Origin: Spirochaetota bacterium
Lineage (GTDB): Bacteria; Spirochaetota; UBA4802; UBA5550
Assembly (NCBI GenBank): GCA_963663865.1
Contig: OY760686.1
Span: forward strand, 224,001 to 288,000
Length of the DNA stretch: 64,000 nt
Direction: 5' to 3'
Below, piece by piece: positions 9,683 through 19,100 of the stretch. A program made the position numbers and the translations under genes. Within the stretch, counting starts at the first letter, position 1; every line of letters starts with the position of its first letter. The notes below the pieces were generated by a model that did not search any database, was not told the origin of the DNA, and worked only from the letters and a program-made list of their open reading frames with translations.

Positions 9683-10145
9683 GGAGTTTTTATGATGGGC
9701 TGTTAAACGGAGGGGATGTGCCTCGTCGTTTTTTTGTTGGGGAGAATGGGGCTGGAAGGATTGAATTGAAGATGAAGGAATTGGACGAGACGGGAAGATG
9801 AAAAAAGTGAATTGCTGATAAAAAAGCAGACGAACTGAAAGTGAGGAAGATTGCATTGAATACCAAGGATGGGAGGAACTAAAAATTTGGGAAGATTGGA
9901 ACAGGAAAAAATTTCTTGCAAAAGTGGAAGATATGGTGGAGGGATTGGGGTAAAATGAAATGATTTATCGGGCAGCAGATGAGTTAGATGCTGGATTAAT
10001 CGGAATTGGCTTTTTGCCGGAGCTGCCAATGTGATTTTTGATGTCAGTGATTGTTGGAGTGTTGCTGGGAAGTATGTTGTGGGGAAGGATATTATATTAT
10101 ATTCGTAAAATGATAGTTATGTGCAATTTTAATACTAGGTAACTT

Positions 10146-11279
10146 ATGAATTCTTCAACAGATATTCTTGAATTTAAAAATATTGTAAATCTTATACTTC
10201 ATTATTTTGATCATGGAATTATAAAAAAGGATCAAATTGCCAAGAGACATATAATAGAAAAATTATCACTTCCTTATCTTGACGATGAATTAATTTTAAA
10301 TCCAATTGTCATGTGCCAATTTTTGGTTACTCAGTTTATAGGTCTTTACTCTTCTCTTGATGCGGAAACAAGGAGTCTATTTGATAGCGTCTATTCTCGA
10401 TTTAACAGTTATGAGTTATTTCTTAGAATACGATCCTTTGATCCTAACCATGGTCTTTATTACCCACATAAATTTGAAACATCAGATTGTTCATATTTTA
10501 TAGACCGAAACAAGCCTTATTTGATAACAATTACTTCCAAAAAATGGCTTGAAGAGGAAAAACTAGGTGGTAATGAACTGGGTTGGATTATTAGACCTGA
10601 GATCAAAGCATTGTCAGCAATGTCATTTTCTTTAAAAAGGTTTTATTGTGTGTTTTGTTTAAATAATAATCCTATAGATATACCACTAAATTTTATAACT
10701 GACCAAAATAAGCTATCTCCTGAAATAACAGAAAAAATGAAATCAATTCTATATGTTTTACATTTAATTGATTTCAAAAATAATTATGACAAAGAGATAC
10801 ATGATGATATTAGATTTAATTTTCGTAGCTATCAATTTGTTGATATCGATAGGTCATATGAGCTTTACAATAATTTTAATATCAATGACAGCCTTACTTT
10901 AAGAACATCATTTTTATTCTTATAAGCTGCAATGCTTTTTCATCAGAGTAGAATTTTTGGTGAAGAAGCTTTGCAGAACTTTTATTTTGGTATTGAAGGT
11001 TGTTTACGAGTTATTTATTATAAGCATCATACTAATGGTAATTTTAAAATAAATGAAGTTGAAAAAATAATTGATGAAATTTTTCCATTAGATGGATATT
11101 CTGAATCACTAAGTTCATTTTATGAAAATCGGATTAAGTTAGTTCATCCAGAATCAAGGTTCGACTCAGATTGGAGCCCAAAGTTTTCTGCAGATGAATT
11201 TATGGATAATTATGAGTGGATTTTAAAATTACTTTATTATGCAATATCTGGTATTGTTTATGAGGATAAGCTAATGTAG
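10146..11279 (+). pseudogene. HEPN-motif protein interrupted by a single in-frame TAA at 10923-10925
   Basis: ORFs 10146-10925 and 10932-11279 share a frame (FLFL*AAMLFH); second half has the Rx4H motif YENRIKLVHP; very AT-rich. Confidence 0.65.
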
Positions 11280-11294
11280 TTATTTTAAAACTGC

Positions 11295-11427
11295 GCCCAA
11301 CAAAGATTGGCTGCTCCGGGCGCTCCTCGCAAGCTTTGGCGCGTCCTCGGCCCTTTGGGCACATTGCATTCTTTCACGTTTTTTGCATGTGAAAAAATGC
11401 AATTTCAGACACGCTGTGATGTTATAG
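11295..11427 (+). repeat. Degenerate attC-like recombination site
   Basis: GC-rich imperfect palindromic island in AT-rich DNA; begins GCCCAAC (RYYYAAC) 16 bp after the stop and ends at GTTATAG. Confidence 0.6.
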
Positions 11428-11480
11428 ACAATACCTAACGAACATTGGTTGAGAATGTGATGTAAATAAACAATAAGCGG

Positions 11481-11522
11481 TCTTCAAATCCCCGTGCCCA
11501 AGAGAGCCCTACGACCGTGTGG
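11481..11522 (+). repeat. Left arm of imperfect inverted repeat bracketing the STAND gene
   Basis: TCTTCAAATCCCCGTGC matches the reverse complement of 15766-15782 at 15/17; inner CGTGTGG vs CGTGCGG. Confidence 0.6.
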
Positions 11523-11531
11523 CACAAATAA

Positions 11532-14500
11532 ATGGAAAGGGAATATATGAATATTAACTGGCATAACATAAGACCAATAAACGGTGATCAAAAAGAAGGT
11601 TTTGAAGAATTTATTACACAATTAGCACGTAAAGAGTTAATTCCAAATCAATTTAAATTTATACGTAAAGGAAAACCAGATGCTGGTGTCGAATGCTTTT
11701 GGATTCTGGAAGATAATTCAGAATGGGCTTGGCAAGCAAAATATTTCACATCAAGTTTTGGTGATAGTCAATGGAATCAATTAGATGAATCAATAAAGAC
11801 TATAATTGAAAAACATACAAATGTAGTTAAATATTTTATTGCTATACCAATAGATCCGCCTGATGCGAGAATCGATGGTCAAAAATCACTGCTTCAACGA
11901 TGGGATGAACATGTACAAAAGTGGAAAGATTGGTCAAATAATAAGATCGATTTTGTTCCATGGTGGCACTCTGACTTAATAGAACGAATACAAAAACCAG
12001 AAAATTCCGGTTTTTTACTGTTTTGGTTTGATAAAGAACAATTTACCAATGATTGGTTTAAACAAAAAATCCAACTATCTATCGCTAACTTAGGGAATAG
12101 ATATACCCCGGAAATTAACTTTGAATTAGATATTGTAAAAATATTTGATGGAATTGCTCGTGACAGTAAGTATTCTAAACAATTATACGAAAAGTTTGAT
12201 GATCTTCTTATCAATCTAAAGAAATCTATACCAAGATATGAGGACAGTGAATTATCAAAGCAAATAGAAAAAATAAATCATTGTTGTAATTTTCTTAGCC
12301 AAGAGTATAATGATATAATTTCAATCGATGATAAAGAATATGATTTTGATAAATTAGAATCTAAAGTAACTGAAGTATCCACAATTATTAATAATATTGA
12401 AAACCGAATTGATGAATTAATCAAGATAGTTGATAAGGAAGAAAAAGAAAGACTCAATCACACTAAATACTATATAAGAAATACTTATGCACCTATAAGA
12501 AATTTTCAATCTTTTATTAATAACACAACAATAAAATTATTTAATAAACCATATCTTCTATTGGATGGCGAAGCGGGGATTGGCAAATCACATCTCCTTG
12601 CAGATATTGCTAATATCCGAATTAAAGAAGATAAATATTCATTATTGCTCCTGGGACAACATTTCAATAATACTGAAAGTCCTCAGAAACAAATATTAGA
12701 TCAATTAGATTTAAATTGCAAGTTTGAAGAATTTCTTGAAGCATTAAATTGTAAAGCCCAAATATCAGGAACAAGAATAATAATATTCATTGACGCAATC
12801 AATGAAGGTGCTGGTAAATTCTTTTGGCCAGATTACTTCAACGGTTTTATTATTAATATTTCCAAGTTCAGCTGGTTAGGTTTAGTTTTTTCAATTCGGA
12901 CATCGTATCTCAAACTTCTTGATAATAATATAAATCATTTGTCGAATGAACTAATTAAACACACTCATTATGGATTTAGAAATGTTGAGTATGAAGCATC
13001 AAAATTATTCTTTAAAAATTACAACATTGAATTACCAAGTGTTCCGCTGTTACATCCTGAATTTCAGAACCCACTGTTTTTAAAGCTTTTCTGTGATGGC
13101 CTGGATAAGGCAGGATATACAAAAATCCCAGATGGAATCAACGGTATCACCAAGATTTTTGATTTTTTTATTGATAGCATTAACATAAAACTATCTTCAC
13201 CAAAATTTTTTAATTATTCATCTGGTGTTAATATTGTTGAGAAAGTAATACATCAGCTAACAAAGTATAAATTAATTAACGATTTATATTATATACCAAT
13301 TGATATTGCAGTAAAAAATGTAAGTGACATTCAAAATACCTATAATATTTCAGGAAATTTAACTGATGCTTTGATTTCTGAAGGGATTCTTTCGAAGAAT
13401 TTATTCTGGAAAGAAAAAGAAAATTCTGAAGAAGGTATATATATATCATATGAACGTTTTGAAGATCATTTAGTTGTTTCGGAAATTTTAGATGATATTT
13501 CAAGTGATAAAATCCGCAAGGAATTTGAAGATGAAGGTGCTTTATTTAAATTTATTAAAGATGAATATGCAATCAATTGGCATAAAGGTATCATCGAAGC
13601 ACTTTCAATTCAATTGCCTGAAAAATACAGCATTGAATTATATCAATTATTAGATGATAAAAATAATTATGAGATAGCAGAAGCATTTGTTAGCAGTTTG
13701 TTGTGGAGGAGAAACGACTTAGAAATTGATGAACAAGTGATTGAATATATAAATAGTACAGTTCTTAAATTTCAAGGGACACATGATTATTTTTGGGATA
13801 TAGTAATTGCGGTTTCTAGTAACCCGAATCACTTTTTTAATGGAAATAAAACTCATGAAATACTCAGCAAGTATTCATTATCTGACCGTGATGCATGGTG
13901 GACTCAATTAATTCATTATTGGTATAATGATGAAACTTCAGTAAAAAGATTGATAGACTGGGCTTGGTCAATAGAAGATAAAAGGCATATATCTGATGAT
14001 TCTATTGAGCTTGCTTCAATAATGTTATCATGGTTTCTTGCTAGCACAAATCGTAGATTAAGAGACTCTGCGACAAAAGCACTAATATGTTTACTTGAAA
14101 ATAGAATACATATTTTGAAAAAATTGCTAATAAAATTTGAAAACGTAAATGATCCATATATATATGAACGTGTATTTGCTGTGGCATATGGGTGCACTTT
14201 GCGAACTAAAATAACTGGAAGTCTGCCAGAGTTAAGTCAATACATCTATGACAGAATATTCAATAAAGATAAAGTATATCCGCATGTCTTATTAAGAGAT
14301 TATGCACGTGGTGTTATTGAATACACGCTGCATTTAGGTTTTGATTTACCTTTGGATATTACTAAGGTTAGACCTCCATACAAAAGCGATTTTCCTCCTA
14401 CACCTACAGATGCAGAGATAAATAAATACAAAATTGACTACAATAGCCGGGATTCTCATGATCATGATTGGAGTGTTAATTCAATACTCAGATCAATGGA

Positions 14501-15734
14501 AATTGAATATACCAGAAATGGTAGAGCAGCTGGATATGGTGATTTTGGAAGATATGTCTTTCAAAGTAATTTTTATGACTGGGATAATATTAGTCCAGTT
14601 GATCTAAAAAATATTGCAATAAAAAGAATTTTTGATTTAGGATATGATTCAAAAAAACATGGTGATTTTGATAAAATGATTCCATACCATGGACGTCATT
14701 ATCATACGCAAGAAAGAATAGGGAAAAAATATCAATGGATAGCTATGCACGAATTATTAGCACAAGTTTCAGATAATTACAAAATGAAAGCATCTTGGCG
14801 AAACTGGGGAGAAGACAATACTATGGTTGATTTCTGTGGTCCATGGGAACCCTTTTTAAGAGATATTGACCCATCAACTATTCAAAGAAACAATAAACTT
14901 GCTATTGTTAATATTCAGCCAAAAATAACATATATGAATTGGGATATGGATAACAATCAATGGTTAAATGATATTTCCGATCTTCCAGAACCTAAGATTA
15001 TTATTGAAGATGAGACCAAGGAATGGGTAATGCTTGAAGGACATTATGATTTAAATGAGGAAAAAATATTAGGTAATGAGATATATTCAATTCCTCAAAA
15101 ACAATTTTGGTACCTTATTAAAAGTTATTTCGTTCCGTCAGATCAATACGATGTAATATATAAATGGTTGTCAGATAAAAATTTCATGAACAGGTGGATG
15201 CCAGAGTCACATAATAGTTATGAGATGTTTAATAGAGAATATTACTGGTCACCAGCTTATAATTATTTTAAAAAGGAATATTATGGCGGAGAGCAAATTA
15301 GCAAAATTTATGACCGTGAAAATGATAACGAAATTGGTGATGTAATAGTTACTACTGAATCATACTCGTGGGAAGCAGAATATGATTTATCAAAAGAAGA
15401 AACATTTAGATTTTACAAACCATGCTCAAAGCTTGTTAAGGAATTAAGGCTTTTCTATGGAAATAATGAGAGTTATATGTATTCGGATAATGGGGAACTA
15501 ATATGCTTTGATAACTCAGAAGGAAACTCAGGTTATCCATGCTTGTTTTTTAAAAAATCAGTTTTAAAAGAATTTTTAGAAAAGCATAATTTTAAAATGA
15601 TTTGGACTGTTCTAGGTGAGAAAAACATAATAGGTGGGCATGGTCGTGATAATTATGGGAGATGGCCAATTGTTTCAGGTATATATTCAATGATAAACGA
15701 TGAAATATCAGGTAATATAAAACTGTATGAATAA
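11532..15734 (+). CDS. avs2: AVAST type 2-like STAND NTPase anti-phage protein with N-terminal PD-(D/E)xK/Mrr-like nuclease
   Basis: FEE..QLA and PDAGVEC...WQAKYF nuclease-like motif; Walker A GEAGIGKS; Walker B IFIDAINE; NPLFLKLFC; RDSATKAL; ERIGKKYQWIA; WTVLGEK. Confidence 0.78.
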   Translation: MEREYMNINWHNIRPINGDQKEGFEEFITQLARKELIPNQFKFIRKGKPDAGVECFWILEDNSEWAWQAKYFTSSFGDSQWNQLDESIKTIIEKHTNVVKYFIAIPIDPPDARIDGQKSLLQRWDEHVQKWKDWSNNKIDFVPWWHSDLIERIQKPENSGFLLFWFDKEQFTNDWFKQKIQLSIANLGNRYTPEINFELDIVKIFDGIARDSKYSKQLYEKFDDLLINLKKSIPRYEDSELSKQIEKINHCCNFLSQEYNDIISIDDKEYDFDKLESKVTEVSTIINNIENRIDELIKIVDKEEKERLNHTKYYIRNTYAPIRNFQSFINNTTIKLFNKPYLLLDGEAGIGKSHLLADIANIRIKEDKYSLLLLGQHFNNTESPQKQILDQLDLNCKFEEFLEALNCKAQISGTRIIIFIDAINEGAGKFFWPDYFNGFIINISKFSWLGLVFSIRTSYLKLLDNNINHLSNELIKHTHYGFRNVEYEASKLFFKNYNIELPSVPLLHPEFQNPLFLKLFCDGLDKAGYTKIPDGINGITKIFDFFIDSINIKLSSPKFFNYSSGVNIVEKVIHQLTKYKLINDLYYIPIDIAVKNVSDIQNTYNISGNLTDALISEGILSKNLFWKEKENSEEGIYISYERFEDHLVVSEILDDISSDKIRKEFEDEGALFKFIKDEYAINWHKGIIEALSIQLPEKYSIELYQLLDDKNNYEIAEAFVSSLLWRRNDLEIDEQVIEYINSTVLKFQGTHDYFWDIVIAVSSNPNHFFNGNKTHEILSKYSLSDRDAWWTQLIHYWYNDETSVKRLIDWAWSIEDKRHISDDSIELASIMLSWFLASTNRRLRDSATKALICLLENRIHILKKLLIKFENVNDPYIYERVFAVAYGCTLRTKITGSLPELSQYIYDRIFNKDKVYPHVLLRDYARGVIEYTLHLGFDLPLDITKVRPPYKSDFPPTPTDAEINKYKIDYNSRDSHDHDWSVNSILRSMEIEYTRNGRAAGYGDFGRYVFQSNFYDWDNISPVDLKNIAIKRIFDLGYDSKKHGDFDKMIPYHGRHYHTQERIGKKYQWIAMHELLAQVSDNYKMKASWRNWGEDNTMVDFCGPWEPFLRDIDPSTIQRNNKLAIVNIQPKITYMNWDMDNNQWLNDISDLPEPKIIIEDETKEWVMLEGHYDLNEEKILGNEIYSIPQKQFWYLIKSYFVPSDQYDVIYKWLSDKNFMNRWMPESHNSYEMFNREYYWSPAYNYFKKEYYGGEQISKIYDRENDNEIGDVIVTTESYSWEAEYDLSKEETFRFYKPCSKLVKELRLFYGNNESYMYSDNGELICFDNSEGNSGYPCLFFKKSVLKEFLEKHNFKMIWTVLGEKNIIGGHGRDNYGRWPIVSGIYSMINDEISGNIKLYE

Positions 15735-15740
15735 CCGCCT

Positions 15741-15782
15741 CCGCACGTCCTGTGCTGCGGCGGGTGCGCGGGGATTTTAAGA
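15741..15782 (-). repeat. Right arm of imperfect inverted repeat bracketing the STAND gene
   Basis: CCGCACG...GCGCGGGGATTTTAAGA begins 7 bp after the stop codon. Confidence 0.6.
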
Positions 15783-15803
15783 AACTGGTAACCGTGAGAG
15801 TGT

Positions 15804-15862
15804 GGTATTGCCTATAACAAGAAAAATATAGTTGCGAACGATATCGGGACAATATTTTTCTT
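15804..15862 (+). repeat. Second attC-like site (R'' core plus hairpin), 3' end degenerate
   Basis: GGTATTGCCTATAAC is the reverse complement of 11421-11435 at 14/15; followed by AAGAAAAATAT...ATATTTTTCTT stem; no clean terminal GTT. Confidence 0.55.
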
Positions 15863-15931
15863 AAGCAAGGAGTAATTACAAAATGTGAGATTGGCCCTGT
15901 TCCACGTGCCCCCTCCGGGGGGCAGAAAAGA

Positions 15932-16147
15932 TCAGTTCACATAATACCAGTAAAAATCATTCATCGCCTTTTGCAGTGATTCTGAATTAACTTTTTCCTG
16001 TTCTATATAATTTGATAATGTCAAATATGCTTCACGGAAGTTTCCATTATCAAACTGTTTCCTAAAAACTTCCAAATTATCTTTATGTTTAAAATCTAAG
16101 TTGTTAAGTTCTTTTACAAGATTATTGTAATATTCTTTATTTATCAT
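15932..16147 (-). CDS. Putative immunity protein for the RHS toxin
   Basis: 71-aa AT-rich ORF whose ATG overlaps the toxin stop (ATGA). Confidence 0.7.
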   Translation of the reverse strand: MINKEYYNNLVKELNNLDFKHKDNLEVFRKQFDNGNFREAYLTLSNYIEQEKVNSESLQKAMNDFYWYYVN

Positions 16148-19100
16148 TTTTTTAACTCAAAAAGTTGAAAGTTATTAATAAATTTAGACGTAACAGCTTG
16201 AGTACCACCACCTTTTCCCCATTGAGGCATGGTTTTGCATATTGGTTCAAGATTAAATCCGGTTCCCCATTTACCTTTCGGAATAGTGATATTATTAATT
16301 ATTTGTAGGGTATCAAATTTGCCATAGTGAGAAGGAGAGCTAGGCAGTTGAAGTAAATTTTTAACTTCATTCCTATTAAATCTACTTAAATCATTAAATG
16401 TGAAGTATGTAGTTTCACCTTTTGACATTATATTCCCTTTTAATGCACTATCAATCGCAGGTTGATTTAATGCCCTATACCCAGTCGACGGCACAACATC
16501 CCCATTAGGTTTAACATAAAAGTCTGCTTTAGGTTTTGCAATACTTTTATTGTGTTTTATACCCTTGCCACCACCTCTCCCGGCCCGACTCCAGCTAATC
16601 CCTCCAACAAACATCATCTCCCGGAATTCGCTGAGGTTCTTCGGAGCCACAAGAAGAGCAGCTTTGGAAACGCCGGCACTGGCCGCGTGATAAATGGTCT
16701 TCAGACAGTTCGAAGTCTTAAACGAATTAATGGTCTGCTCGGAGTGGTACCTGTCGTTGTACTCCAAAGCCTCCCTTACAGTCATAATCGACCGGTCAGC
16801 GATTTGCTCAACGTCTATATTCCCGCTCGGATCCCCGAATCCCACCGGATTATTCCGGCAGTACGAGTAACGGTTCCAGCTCTGGGTGTCGTCCTCGTAG
16901 GGAACAACCGAGTCAGCGGTCACAAAGCGGCACAGGCCGGCGTCGTAGTGGCGCGCGTTGAAAAAGATCAGGCCGCTTTCGCGGTCGGTTTCCTGCGAAT
17001 TGAACTTAGGCCGGTATTTCGCAGCGCCTTCAGAGAACCAGCTGCCTCCGAAGGGCAGGTATTCGGTCTTCGAAACGGGCAGGCCGTTATCATCTACTAC
17101 AAGTTTAACAGAATCGAGATGATCAGTCAAATAAAACCGTGCGTCCCCGTTGGCGGCAACTGCAGCAATGCGGATGCCGTTCAGATATAGGTGGTTCACG
17201 GAACACATCGTTCCCGGCGAGTCGTGAAGTCCGTCCGGAACGCTCTGTTCAAGCGCGAAGTACATTGACGGGCTGAGCACTTCCATGTGCGGAGACTTTC
17301 CGGCGGTGTCCGTTATCAGTTTCCTGATACGGAAGCCCTGCTCGTCGTAATGGTATTCACCCGCGGCGATGCCCGATGAGTCGTCTATGACCTTCCGTAT
17401 CCGGCTGGACGCGTCGTACTCAAGACGCCTGGTCCCATCCCCCGCAGATGACTGGTAGACCATGTTGCCGGAGGCGTCGTAGCGCATAACGCTCCCGCCC
17501 GTAGCGGAGGATATTTCCGTCAGAGCGTGGCCGCCTCCCGAATAGCTGCAGGTCATCTCTTCATGCCGGGTGCCTTCCGGCCCGCTTGCCGAGGCGCTCC
17601 GCGAGATCATGTTTCCGTTGGCCGTATAGCCGTAGCTGTGCGAGTATTTTCGAGCCTCAAGGCTATCGGATGATTTTAGAACACCCTCGCCCGCGACGAG
17701 CCGGTTCAGTCCGTCGTATGAGTAGCGGTGTGAGACTTGAGTGCCGGCAGCTCCGCCCGGCCGGAGCTCCGAGAAGTTTACTATTGAGGCGACGCTGTTG
17801 TCGTTCCTGAGCGTGTAGTTCACGTCCTCGAGTTTCCGTGTCATGCCGTTCGATTCTGTCGTGCTCAATATGCCGGTCAGCCTTCCGCGCGCGTCGTATG
17901 AGTATGTGCTTTCGGTGCCGTTGCCGCGTTCTATCGATTCGAGCTGACCGTCTTCGCTGTACGCTATGCGTTCAATCACGTCTCTTTTTTTACCGGAGGA
18001 TATTACTCTCACCGACTCGGCGCCCGCCGATCCGAGAGTGTACTCGGCGCGTATTCCCGAGGCAGTGCGCGGGTCTCGCGGATAGTCAACTGCCGTGAGC
18101 CGGCCCTGCAGGTCATACTCAAAGCGGGTGGTGAAACTCAATCCAGGCTGGTCGCCTGATAACGGGTCGGTGAAGGTGCGCGTCTCGCGGATGACCCTGC
18201 CTGTTTCGTCGTAGCAGAAGTCCTTTCTCTGGAAGGGGCCTATGATTGCAGCGAGGCGCCCGGCCGTGTTCCCCGGACTCTCAGCTCCGCCGTAGATGAA
18301 TCGGGTAGTCTCAATAACGTCAGTCCCTGCGTGAGAAGGCGCGCGGCTTTCTGTTACGCGCCCAAGGCAGTCGTAGTCCATCTCGCTGCGAAGGCCGCGT
18401 GCGTCTATTACAGCCGAGTTCTCTCCGTAGGCGTTGTACTCGAAGCGTGTATATCCGGTGTCAGGACAGCTCGTCTCAACGGGCCGTCCGAATCCGTCGT
18501 ATCTCCACTGGGAGATGCAGTTCCCTGAGCTGTCCCGCGCGCCCGCGGCAAAGAGCGATGGTTCAACTTGAGCACTCATCGCCGCACCGTTCAGGTCCAT
18601 TCTCTTTATGCGCCGTCCAGCCTGATCGTAAGCAAATCCCATTGAGGCCTCGACAAACCTTCCGTCGTCGCCCGTTCCCGAATCGGTGACGTATAGCAGA
18701 AGGCCGCGGCTGTTCGTAACGGTTTTGCGGGTGCGCCTTCCGGTGCGTTCGGTGACAGCCCACGGATTGCCGTAGATGTACTCAAATGAGGTGACGGCCG
18801 GGCCATCTTCGGGTGATGTCTCCGGAAGGGTGATCTTCACCGCGCGTCCGGCGTAGTCGTATTCTGTAAGCGTAGGGTGCTTTTCGCCTCTATGGGGATG
18901 ATACTCTTCCAGTTCATCTGCGCTGCACCAGTCAGCGCGGCTCCTCCGTGTTACTCGGCCGAGTGCGTCATAGGTAGTAAGTCCGCTTTTCACATGCCGG
19001 CCGTTGCCTGCGCTTTTCACCGAGTGAAGCACTCGTCCGCAGCCGTCACCGTACACGGCCTTTTCTATGTCCGGGTCTCCCGATCCGGTGAAGAGCGTAA

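Noticed and set aside
9690-10110. Purine-rich stretch as an intI remnant or attI; ORFs 9530-9856 and 9703-10029
   Set aside because: No tyrosine-recombinase motifs in the frames I read; the minus-strand ORFs are low-complexity shadows; probably decayed DNA
15907-15924. GC hairpin after the immunity gene as a terminator
   Set aside because: No U tract 3' of the stem on either strand
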